From positions 1 to 34,178 of IMG/VR virus record IMGVR_UViG_3300014201_000020: DNA of 34,178 nucleotides. The stretch is one strand, 5' to 3'. Numbering within the stretch: position 1 is the stretch's first letter; the number at the start of each line of letters is the position of its first letter. A program made the position numbers and the translations under genes. This DNA comes from a virus (Duplodnaviria; Caudoviricetes). Shown in pieces: positions 24,394 to 32,307 of this stretch. Under the pieces are notes generated by a model. It saw only the letters and a list, made by a program, of their open reading frames with translations. It was not told the DNA's origin and ran no database searches.

Positions 24394-24703
24394 GTTCGTC
24401 CCGCTCCATTTGCAGTTGAGCCGCCGCGGCGCGGCCGTTCTGGATCGCCTCGCCCAGCCAGCGCCGTACGCTGTTGGCGACGGCGGCTTTGAATTGAAGT
24501 TTGCGCACGTCCTCGGTCTTCGCCGGATCCACCTCGAGGAGCTCGTCCTGGGCTTCCTGGATGTCCTGGCGCGCGCGCGCGATCAGGTACTGCCCGATCG
24601 GGTCCTCGTCGATGAACATCTCCACCTCGCGGCCGAAGATGGCCACGACACCGGCCGGGTCTGCCTCCAGATCCGACTCCGCCTCCTCCCCTGATCGATC
24701 CAT
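24383..24703 (-). CDS. Small helical protein between portal and scaffold
   Basis: 106-aa coiled-coil protein in the conserved post-portal position of podoviruses. Confidence 0.75.
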   Translation of the reverse strand: MDRSGEEAESDLEADPAGVVAIFGREVEMFIDEDPIGQYLIARARQDIQEAQDELLEVDPAKTEDVRKLQFKAAVANSVRRWLGEAIQNGRAAAAQLQMERDEHGN

Positions 24704-24709
24704 AGGTGC

Positions 24710-27001
24710 TTAAGCGGCTTTGCCGGCTCCCGGTTGTGGCTGAGGCTTCTGGGCCTGCGTGGCCTGGGTCTGCATGGCCCCTTCCGCCTGCAGCTTGCTC
24801 TGGTTCTCGGTCTGTTTGTCGACCTTCTCCATCTCCAGGAGGTGCCCGATCAGCAGGTGCCGGGACTGATGATCGTCCTCTTTGCCGGCGAGCGCGAGCT
24901 TGGTGATGTTGCCCTCGCGGCTGGTGATCAGTTTGACGTTCGCCTCCCGCTCCCGGTTCTTGTCCTTCACCTCGTACACCGAGAGTTTCTTCATCAGCGC
25001 CTGGATGGTCTTGGCCATCTGGGCGACCTGCGGGTCAGCGCCCTCCGCGAGGAAACGCACCGCATCGCGGTAGCCGGCCAGCGCAAAGAGCTCCTTGAAG
25101 ACCTCCTTCAGGTCCAGGCCCGGCACCGGCTTCGCGGCGAGCTGCTGCACCTGCTGCAGGCAGGCGGACAGGCGCTGCTGCTTCATCGACGGGTCCGTCG
25201 CCCCCATGCCAAGGTTCACGTTCACCACCATCTTCTGGGTGAGCATGCTGTCGGTGACCTTGCTCACGTTGAAGCGCTCCATGACCTTCGCCTTCTCGCC
25301 CGCCGTGGCCAGCAGCACCTCGTCGGTCTCGTAGTACTGCTCGAGCAGCACCAGCTGCCGCAGGCACGGCAGGAGGAACGTCTGCACCAGGGTCATCAGC
25401 GTGTACTCGGTCATCATCATCGCTGGGGACTGCACCGCGTTCACGGTCCGGAAGCTCTCGCGCGGGGTGCGGGTCTGGGCGATCTGCATCGGGTTGAAGT
25501 TGCCGCCTAAGTTGTCGAAGTCCGCGTCGATCCGGGTCTTCTCCACTGACACCGACTGCGGCAGGTCCGCCCAGGTGATCTCCTTCACGTCCTTCTCGAC
25601 ATCGTTGACCATCGTCACACCGCCCGGGATGTTCCGGGCCATGCCGGCGGTGTCGACGTTCTGGCCGCGCTTCACCAGCCAGCGCTTGTTCAGGATGAAC
25701 TTGAGGTTGTCGCTCGCCTGGTTGTCGAGGTCGTTCGCCGCGTCCGCCAGAGGCCGCAGCAGGTTGTTCAGGCTCGTGGGGATCGGCTTGTGCGTCTCGA
25801 TCGCGCAGGTGCCGACCACGTACGGGCGCTCCCCGAACCAGACGTTGTCGACCAGGGGCTCAGGGTCGGTGAGCATGTGCTTGTCCCCGAGCATGTACCA
25901 CTCGTAGTCCTCGCCCCGCCATTTGTGGATGTGCCGCTGCACCCACACCACATCGTAGTCGGTGACCTCCCGGGCCTGCTCGGTAGGATCTTGGCTAAAG
26001 TTGTTGCGGGCGGCGCGCGTGGACTGGTCATCGTTCACCACGCAGGCGGCGATCTCCTCGTCCTCCAGCGGGTGCCACTTGCGACCCTTCGGGTCCGGGT
26101 AGTCCATGCGCTCTTTCACCGCGCCTATGTACATCGGGATGATGTGGATCAGGTAGGGGCTGGTGCCCACCACGTCGTACCACTGGGCGCACGGGTCGAA
26201 GCGGAAATTCTCAAGCGGGACAAGCTCCTGGCATGGCTGGTCCTTCTTGATCGCGTACTCGTGGCCGCGCCCTGATCCCTGGTACTTCCAGTAGCTGTGG
26301 GCGATGACAACGCCTTGCACCTGGGCGTCCTGCACGCTGCCGATCGCGAACTGGAACCACGGCATGCTCACCGTGAGGCGCTCCTGCAGCAGCGCCTGCA
26401 TGACCTCGGCGCCCACGATGCTGTCGATCTTCGAGGGGTTGGTCGCGCTGCACTCGATGAGGTCCAGGTTCGAGAAGAGCGCGGCGCACAGGGCGGCCTC
26501 GTTCTTGCGGTTGATCGAGCGGATCTTCGGGCGGTACAGGTGGCTGCGCTTCCTGAAGGTCTCGGTGTTGTACTTCGAGTCCTGCGGGTGCTGGTTGTTG
26601 AAGGCGCGGAGGCTGTCCTCGAGGGGCTTCCTGAAGTTGGAGTCCATGAAGTCGGTGCTGGTGCGGTAGGCGGCCTTGGCGCGCGCCTTCCAGTCCGGCT
26701 GCTGCTCCTCCTCGTCACCCTCGTCCCTGTCATCGGGCGGCTCATCCCCGCCATCGCCCCCACCGCTGCCCCCGCGCGCATCGGCCGGGTCCTCGTGCAG
26801 GGTGTCCTTGGCGCCGTTCCCCTGGGCATCCTTGCTCACCTGCGGAGGCGCGCCCGGGCGCTGCACGGTGCCGCCGGCCTCCTCGCGCTCATCGCCCATG
26901 GTCATCAGGCGGGCATTGCCCTCCGGCGGGTCAGGCTGGTGCGGGGCCTGCTGCGGGCCCTTGGAGCTTACGAACGGGCGGTAGCGGTTGTTACTGGCCA
27001 C
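24710..27001 (-). CDS. Portal protein (P22/T7-like) with disordered N-terminal extension
   Basis: 763 aa; RSHLYRPKIR, ENFRFDP, RPYVVG...NDLDNQ..DN, PGGVTMV and C-terminal coiled coil; upstream of scaffold/capsid. Confidence 0.88.
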   Translation of the reverse strand: MASNNRYRPFVSSKGPQQAPHQPDPPEGNARLMTMGDEREEAGGTVQRPGAPPQVSKDAQGNGAKDTLHEDPADARGGSGGGDGGDEPPDDRDEGDEEEQQPDWKARAKAAYRTSTDFMDSNFRKPLEDSLRAFNNQHPQDSKYNTETFRKRSHLYRPKIRSINRKNEAALCAALFSNLDLIECSATNPSKIDSIVGAEVMQALLQERLTVSMPWFQFAIGSVQDAQVQGVVIAHSYWKYQGSGRGHEYAIKKDQPCQELVPLENFRFDPCAQWYDVVGTSPYLIHIIPMYIGAVKERMDYPDPKGRKWHPLEDEEIAACVVNDDQSTRAARNNFSQDPTEQAREVTDYDVVWVQRHIHKWRGEDYEWYMLGDKHMLTDPEPLVDNVWFGERPYVVGTCAIETHKPIPTSLNNLLRPLADAANDLDNQASDNLKFILNKRWLVKRGQNVDTAGMARNIPGGVTMVNDVEKDVKEITWADLPQSVSVEKTRIDADFDNLGGNFNPMQIAQTRTPRESFRTVNAVQSPAMMMTEYTLMTLVQTFLLPCLRQLVLLEQYYETDEVLLATAGEKAKVMERFNVSKVTDSMLTQKMVVNVNLGMGATDPSMKQQRLSACLQQVQQLAAKPVPGLDLKEVFKELFALAGYRDAVRFLAEGADPQVAQMAKTIQALMKKLSVYEVKDKNREREANVKLITSREGNITKLALAGKEDDHQSRHLLIGHLLEMEKVDKQTENQSKLQAEGAMQTQATQAQKPQPQPGAGKAA

Positions 27002-27212
27002 CGCGCACCTCGAGGGCTTCGCGGATGTCCTCCTGGCTCATGCACTCGATCGGCACATGGAACCCGCGTTGCGTGCGCGCGTAGCTGTGTGGCAGGCCGC
27101 GCTTGTCGTGCAGCGTGATCAGGTCGACGAAGGCTTCCATGTCCGGCATCAGGTGCGTGGCGGGCCCGTGGGTCGGTCGGAAGCCTTCGGGTACTTTGCG
27201 GATCCCGGTCAC
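26991..27212 (-). CDS. Hypothetical protein, 73 aa
   Basis: GTGA coupling to the upstream gene; overlaps the portal start. Confidence 0.6.
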   Translation of the reverse strand: MTGIRKVPEGFRPTHGPATHLMPDMEAFVDLITLHDKRGLPHSYARTQRGFHVPIECMSQEDIREALEVRGGQ

Positions 27213-27430
27213 CGGTTCTTCTTCCTGGAGGCCTTGGCGAGCTCGCGCCTGGCCCGGTTCTTCTGGCGACGGTTGGCAAAGGCCACCGTCTCGAATTGCT
27301 TGCCGATGATCTTCTGTCGCTCGCCTGCCATGGGCTGCATCTGCTGGCCGCGGCGGTTGGGCTGCACCCGGCGGGGGAGATCCCCCGCCGGGGCGGCCTC
27401 TGCCATGGGGCCTGATGGTTCCTGTTCCAT
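27209..27430 (-). CDS. Small basic protein, 73 aa
   Basis: C-terminus NRRQKNRARRELAKASRKKNR; in-operon. Confidence 0.6.
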   Translation of the reverse strand: MEQEPSGPMAEAAPAGDLPRRVQPNRRGQQMQPMAGERQKIIGKQFETVAFANRRQKNRARRELAKASRKKNR

Positions 27431-27467
27431 TTATGGATTCACAACAGGCAGGCCCGTCTTTGTGTAT

Positions 27468-27902
27468 TCATCGAAGCCCCCACCCACGCAGCTGCCTGCG
27501 CGCCAACAATTCGCGCTGCGCCATGACGTTAGGCGGCTCGTGATGTTGGTAAGAAATCCGCACAGGCCTCCCATCCATACGGACGACACGCGTTCTGGTC
27601 GTGACGTACCCGGTCGCTAATCGAACTAGTTCATTCAGATCCCCAGGACCTTCTGGCACCACGTAGCGCCTCGACAAAATGCGACCACTCACTGCGGGCA
27701 TTGAGCCAGCAGGATCCACATAGACCGTCGTTCGATCGACTCCCTGAAGTTTCAAGCATGAGAGGCATGTGGCTTCTCTCCAGTCTTCCACCAATAGGCT
27801 CGGCACACAGTAGAAGCCACACCGCGAGAACTCGTGGCGATGAGGCAGAGTTGCGCGCAAGTGCCGCTTCGTGGACACAGTCGCCTGAAACCTGCGCCTC
27901 AC
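27468..27902 (-). CDS. Hypothetical Cys-containing protein (144 aa), lower GC, ending ELLARRQLRGWGLR
   Basis: GTG at 27902 overlaps the upstream stop (GTGA); H...C...CxxC (TCLSC) suggests Zn binding; visibly more AT-rich codons. Confidence 0.55.
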   Translation of the reverse strand: MRRRFQATVSTKRHLRATLPHRHEFSRCGFYCVPSLLVEDWREATCLSCLKLQGVDRTTVYVDPAGSMPAVSGRILSRRYVVPEGPGDLNELVRLATGYVTTRTRVVRMDGRPVRISYQHHEPPNVMAQRELLARRQLRGWGLR

Positions 27903-27943
27903 TGCAGCCCCCACCCGCGAAGCTGCCGGCGCGCGAGGAGCTC
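27468..27943 (-). repeat. Duplicated gene end: ELLARRQLRGWGL(R/Q)-stop at 27468-27512 and 27899-27943
   Basis: 13 identical residues before the last codon and TGA; 7 of the 13 codons differ synonymously. Confidence 0.9.
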
Positions 27944-28297
27944 GGTCTTGAGGTCCTGTGGCAGCTCCGGCATCGTCGTCCCGTCCCAGGCGCACCGCGG
28001 CAGCTTGAAGGCCTCGAGCAGCGCCCCTGCGAACTTCACCGCCGTCGCACACGCCTCGTGGACTGTGCCGATCTTGTCCCGCGGCAGCAAGCTCCCGAAG
28101 CCCTCCTTGCCCGTCTCCACCGTCACCCAGCTGGCGATCAGCACGTGCCGGACGATGAGGTTGTGCCCGGCGAAGGACACCAGCCAGTAGTGGTTCGGGT
28201 AGGCCTTCTCCAAGGCACCTGTGATCGCGGTCGCAAGCTCGAGGTCCCGGCTCTCATCCGGGTCCCCCTTCTCGACGTGGACGATCAGATCGGCCAT
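27899..28297 (-). CDS. Hypothetical phage protein (132 aa) ending ELLARRQLRGWGLQ
   Basis: LEKAYPNHYWLV...AGALLEAFKLPR globular domain; purine-rich RBS. Confidence 0.8.
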   Translation of the reverse strand: MADLIVHVEKGDPDESRDLELATAITGALEKAYPNHYWLVSFAGHNLIVRHVLIASWVTVETGKEGFGSLLPRDKIGTVHEACATAVKFAGALLEAFKLPRCAWDGTTMPELPQDLKTELLARRQLRGWGLQ

Positions 28298-28309
28298 GCG
28301 GCCCTTCTT

Positions 28310-28978
28310 TTAAGCTTCGGGGACGTGCGGCTCGGTCGGGCTTCCCTTGGCGGGCCAGTCACCACCGGCGGGGGCCGGGATCTTCTCAGGCTGGCCCTCG
28401 ATCTCCACCCACGCGAGCGGCGCGCCCGGATCGTTACCCGACTGGTAGGCCTGCTGCAGGCGTCCACCGCGGTAGCGCAGGTGAGCGGTCTTCACGTGCC
28501 CCGGGGGCGCCGTGGTGGGCGCAGGGAGCTTGTTGGTGGGGGCGGCGGCCGGTGCGGGTGCAGGGGCGGGAGCCGGCGCTGCGCGCGGCGCAGGGGCTGG
28601 TGCGGGTGCAGGGGTCTTCATGGTGAGGTCTCTCCTGGGTTCCACGGGGTGGTCGGGTCCGCCACGGTATACCTGAGGGTGCAGCGGCGCACCATCCCCG
28701 GCGCTTGACCAGGCCCCGCCCTGCAGGTAGCCGTGGAAGGCGCAGCCCCCTATCCGCTTGATGCTCGGTCCTAAGGTCGGCTGCGCCTTGTTGCCGTCCC
28801 AGGTCCAGTGGTGCTCGGTCTTCGGCACCCCGGGGCCCGTGATCGGGAGCCAAATCCCATGCCCGCACCCGCACGGGCAGTTCGCCTCCACCGCGTAGCG
28901 TGTGACCCCGCCGTCGACCAGGTACTCGATGACGTTGTAGTAGCCCGGCGGCTTGCTCTCGATGTCGGTGCTGCTCAC
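28310..28978 (-). CDS. DUF6527-like Zn/Ser-His domain fused to a Pro/Ala-rich linker and small C-terminal domain
   Basis: CPCGCG...W.WDGN..PTLGPSI....C.FHG...G.W matches the DUF6527 pattern as I recall it; second in-frame AGGAG-ATG at 28621. Confidence 0.7.
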   Translation of the reverse strand: MSSTDIESKPPGYYNVIEYLVDGGVTRYAVEANCPCGCGHGIWLPITGPGVPKTEHHWTWDGNKAQPTLGPSIKRIGGCAFHGYLQGGAWSSAGDGAPLHPQVYRGGPDHPVEPRRDLTMKTPAPAPAPAPRAAPAPAPAPAPAAAPTNKLPAPTTAPPGHVKTAHLRYRGGRLQQAYQSGNDPGAPLAWVEIEGQPEKIPAPAGGDWPAKGSPTEPHVPEA

Positions 28979-29202
28979 TCCGGGTACCCTTCGGGCGGGA
29001 TGAAGGCGGGCGGGCGGTAGATGCCGGTCGTGCCCATGTCGGTGGAGTCAAAGCGCCGGCCGTTCGACATCTCGTAGATGCCGTGGTCGGGGGCCGCGTA
29101 CTCCGCGCCCCAGGCGCGCTCGACCATCTCGGCTAGGCTGAACTGGCGACTCGTGACCTGGTTGCCCAGGGCGGGGTTCAGCGGGGGAAGGGGGCCTGCC
29201 AT
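28975..29202 (-). CDS. Hypothetical protein, 75 aa
   Basis: TAATG and GTGA coupling at both ends; high GC3. Confidence 0.7.
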   Translation of the reverse strand: MAGPLPPLNPALGNQVTSRQFSLAEMVERAWGAEYAAPDHGIYEMSNGRRFDSTDMGTTGIYRPPAFIPPEGYPE

Positions 29203-29357
29203 TACGCTTCTCGCTCCTCTGCTGCCATGCGTTCGCGCTCACCGGCCTGCTCGCGCAGCTCCCGAAGCTCGGAGAGCAGGCGGGCCATCATCTGCCGCAG
29301 CGTATCCGATTGCGCGCGAAGCAGCGTGTCGAGCTCGTGCTCGGTGAGGTGACTCAT
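29202..29357 (-). CDS. Small coiled-coil protein, 51 aa (absent from ORF track)
   Basis: ATG overlaps the TerL stop (ATGA); MSHLTEHELDTLLRAQSDTLRQMMARLLSELRELREQAGERERMAAEEREA; TAA overlaps the next ATG. Confidence 0.65.
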   Translation of the reverse strand: MSHLTEHELDTLLRAQSDTLRQMMARLLSELRELREQAGERERMAAEEREA

Positions 29358-30991
29358 GTGTCATCCGGCTCCACGGTGCCCCCGCCCAGGTCGCTTTCCG
29401 GCTTGGTCGGGGAGGCATCGTAGATGCGAGCGACCGCGTCGATCAAGTCCACCTTGCCGCCGAAGGGGAAGAAGTCGAACTGCAGCCGCAGGCGCTCGGC
29501 CACATCGTAGATCCGCTGCTCCTCGTCCATGCGCATGATCCGCCGGGCGATCCGGTAGTCGTAGCCGGCGGCGAGCATCGAGCGCTGCAGGCGGGTGAGG
29601 CGCTCATCATCGGTCGGGTAGGGCATGTAGAACCGGTGCCCCTTCACGTCCGGCACCAGGCGCTGGATGCGGTCCTGTTTGCTCTCCTCCCCGTCCCTGG
29701 GCCAGGCGAGCTCCACCACCTCGAACTGGCAACGATCCAGCTGCTGGCGCTCCTTGATGTAGTCCAGGTCCGCCTGGGCGCCGAAGCTCTCGTAGCCTGC
29801 CACCAGGCCCATGACGCCCGGGGCCTCGGACCACTTCTTCCACAGGTCCCGGAACCAGCACCAGCGCTCCATGAGATCCATTTTGTGGGCGACCCCGTCC
29901 AGGAAGTACTTGTTCCCGGCGACATCGATCCCGATCACCACCATCGCGGTGTCGGCGCTGTTTTTCTTCTTCGAGCGCGCCGGGTCCACCAGCAGGTAGC
30001 ACTGAAGGGTGCGCGGCCGCGCCTCGTACACCTGCAGGTCCTCGACGTTGAACATGCGCTGGCTGCCGGCGAGCGGGCTGCACAGCATCTGGCAGGCGAG
30101 CGTTGAGTCGAGGCTGTCGGTCTTGCGCTTCTCCCACTCGAAGGGGGAAAACAGCACCGGGATGCCATCCTTGGTGCCGGTGTTGGTCGCCGCGTGGATA
30201 CGCGGGATCGCGGACTTGCGGTCCATCACCGTCTGGTAGGTGTCGGCGAAGTGGTAGCGGGTGCCGATGTACCACTTGCGGCCACCCTCGGTGGAGAGGT
30301 TCGAGGAGAGCGACCAGGCCTCGGTGGTCTTCAGGATCTGATCGGGCGTGTTGACCGATTTGTCGGTCACGACATCGTCGTAGACCATCAGCTTGAAGTG
30401 CGCACCGGTGGGCATGCCATCGACCAGGCCCCAGGCCTCGATCGTGGCTTCCTTCGGGTTGCCGCGCCGGCGCACCACAAGCGCCCGCTCGGACCACTTC
30501 GAGGCCTGCTCGGTGGCGTTGCTCCACAGGATCTCCGGGAACGCCCACTTCAGCAGCTCATTGGTCTCCAGCTCCTGCTTGATCTGCAACAGGAACTTGG
30601 AGGCGGTGCCCTTGGTGTGGCTGAAGATCCCGATCGTGATCTCAGGATCCAGCAGGATCTCCTGGATGATGCCCGCGAAGGTGATGACCGTGGACTTGTA
30701 GTGCTCGCGCGCCCAGATGTCGATGTACCCGTCGGGGTTCGCCTCCACCTCCCGGCAGCGTTCGTAGATCCAGTCATGCAGGCAGTCCGAGCGCCCGAGG
30801 ATGCGCACCAGCAGGTAGTAGCGGTCAGCCTTTGCCAGGCGCCGGACGGCCGCCTTGTCCTTGAGGTTCTTGTCCTCCCTCACCCACTCCCGGATCAGCA
30901 CCGGGATGGGCACGAGCGGGGCTACCTGGCGCTGCGGGGCGCCCCGCACGCTTGAGACGCTCATAGTACTGGCCGATGAGTTCGGGCTCAC
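29354..30991 (-). CDS. terL: Terminase large subunit
   Basis: Walker A variant WAREHYKST, PTGAHF.LMVYDD (Walker B), IGTRY coupling motif, RNase H-like nuclease LLVDPA...DTA and DLIDA; GGAGG 5 nt before GTG 30991. Confidence 0.92.
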   Translation of the reverse strand: MSPNSSASTMSVSSVRGAPQRQVAPLVPIPVLIREWVREDKNLKDKAAVRRLAKADRYYLLVRILGRSDCLHDWIYERCREVEANPDGYIDIWAREHYKSTVITFAGIIQEILLDPEITIGIFSHTKGTASKFLLQIKQELETNELLKWAFPEILWSNATEQASKWSERALVVRRRGNPKEATIEAWGLVDGMPTGAHFKLMVYDDVVTDKSVNTPDQILKTTEAWSLSSNLSTEGGRKWYIGTRYHFADTYQTVMDRKSAIPRIHAATNTGTKDGIPVLFSPFEWEKRKTDSLDSTLACQMLCSPLAGSQRMFNVEDLQVYEARPRTLQCYLLVDPARSKKKNSADTAMVVIGIDVAGNKYFLDGVAHKMDLMERWCWFRDLWKKWSEAPGVMGLVAGYESFGAQADLDYIKERQQLDRCQFEVVELAWPRDGEESKQDRIQRLVPDVKGHRFYMPYPTDDERLTRLQRSMLAAGYDYRIARRIMRMDEEQRIYDVAERLRLQFDFFPFGGKVDLIDAVARIYDASPTKPESDLGGGTVEPDDT

Positions 30992-31508
30992 CCGGGCCTC
31001 CGTGGATCACCTCGAAGGGCTTGCCAGGAGGGGTCGACAGCTCGGTGGCCTTGAAGTCGCGCCAGCGGTCCTTCCGGCGGTTCTTCAGCCAGAAGATCAG
31101 GGAGGTGGGGTGCGGCGCCTGGTGCTTCACCACGGGCGCCCGGATGACCTCCTTGGTGCGGGTAGTGACGATGGTCGGTCGGTCCTCGGGCTTCTCGCCT
31201 GGGACCTTCTTCTCGGTCACCACATCGACCAGGAACAGCTCCTCGGACTCGTAGCTGTAGCCGGTGGCGCTGCGAAAAAGCGAGCGCTCGGCCCGATCGT
31301 CGGCAACACCCTTGGGGGGCTTTACGGCCCTCAAGAATTCCTTGTGAACTCGGCACCATAGCTCCACCACGCTGATCGAGACCCGCAACGCCTGGGCGAT
31401 CTCCATGTCGGTAGCCCCGAGCCTCGCCATCGCCCGCACGACCGGCAGCATGCGGTCCGGATCGTACTTCGTGGGCTGCCCGCGGCCCCTTTTACCCGGC
31501 GTGGGCAT
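30825..31508 (-). CDS. terS: Terminase small subunit
   Basis: GRGQPTKY, HTH (GATDMEIAQALRVS...W), SLF..ATGY, IFWLKNR...WRD, ELS...G.P are typical TerS motifs. Confidence 0.88.
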   Translation of the reverse strand: MPTPGKRGRGQPTKYDPDRMLPVVRAMARLGATDMEIAQALRVSISVVELWCRVHKEFLRAVKPPKGVADDRAERSLFRSATGYSYESEELFLVDVVTEKKVPGEKPEDRPTIVTTRTKEVIRAPVVKHQAPHPTSLIFWLKNRRKDRWRDFKATELSTPPGKPFEVIHGGPGEPELIGQYYERLKRAGRPAAPGSPARAHPGADPGVGEGGQEPQGQGGRPAPGKG

Positions 31509-32307
31509 TGGCGGCCGGGTGATAGATGCGGGCGATGTATGAGGACAGCGGCAGGGGAATCTTCGCGATCATGGCGCTGGCCATCTTGCGCTGCGTCGAC
31601 TTCGAACCCGTGCGCCGCATCGGGTTGGTGTTGCCGGGTCCGTACTTCGTGAACCACTGACCGCCCTGCTTCAGGCCAGCCTCCTTCAGCGCATCGCCCC
31701 GTGACATGGGGACTTTGTTGTGCGACTGAGCGAACCAGCTGCCACCCTGGTTCTTGAAGGCTGTGTCTCGAAAGTATCCCGCCGCTCCGCTCGACTTGTA
31801 GTCCGGCTGGCCGTACTTCGACCAGTCAAGGCCGCCGACCTTCGCGTGCCTGCGCACCATGGGCATCAGAGCCGGCACGTCTCCCCACAGGTAGTAGCTG
31901 CCGTAGCGGCAGCGCGCCTGGCCCATCCACTTCTGGGCGCCACACACGTTCTCCACCACCATCGGGATGTGTCGCCCAGCTGCCTCGCAGGCCTCCTGCT
32001 GGATCCGAAACTGCGCTCGGAACAGCTTCATGCCCAGCTCCGGGGGGGGGGCGTTCTTGGCGGCGGTCCACGGCATGGCGCGCCAGCTGAACTCCTGACA
32101 TGGCGAGGAGCCGACGATCAGCGCGGCGTCCTTGAACTGCCGGCCGTGAAGCGTCAGGACGTCCTGGATTACCAGCTGAGCCGGGTACCGGTGATCACCG
32201 TACTGGTGCTGCTCGACGTCGAAACCGACGACGTCGTACCCTTCCGCGAGGAGCCCTTCGGTCCAGCCGCCCAGACCACAGTACAGATCGATCGCCAGCG
32301 GCTTCAC
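31492..32307 (-). CDS. C5-cytosine DNA methyltransferase-like protein (atypical)
   Basis: Motif I DLYCGLGG, motif IV SSPCQEFS, motif VI VENV; C-terminal IAKIPLPLS in the motif X position; no recognisable motif VIII QxRxR. Confidence 0.8.
   Translation of the reverse strand: MKPLAIDLYCGLGGWTEGLLAEGYDVVGFDVEQHQYGDHRYPAQLVIQDVLTLHGRQFKDAALIVGSSPCQEFSWRAMPWTAAKNAPPPELGMKLFRAQFRIQQEACEAAGRHIPMVVENVCGAQKWMGQARCRYGSYYLWGDVPALMPMVRRHAKVGGLDWSKYGQPDYKSSGAAGYFRDTAFKNQGGSWFAQSHNKVPMSRGDALKEAGLKQGGQWFTKYGPGNTNPMRRTGSKSTQRKMASAMIAKIPLPLSSYIARIYHPAANAHAG
32042..32051. repeat. G10/C10 homopolymer inside the methyltransferase gene
   Basis: Ten consecutive G on the plus strand (Ala-Pro-Pro-Pro on minus); the longest homopolymer I saw in the window. 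Confidence 0.9.

Noticed and set aside
30690-30725. TerL Walker A reading REHYKST instead of GxxGKS/T as a sign of inactivation
   Set aside because: The Arg and Lys-Ser-Thr are kept and Walker B, coupling and nuclease motifs are intact; deviant Walker A motifs are common in terminases.
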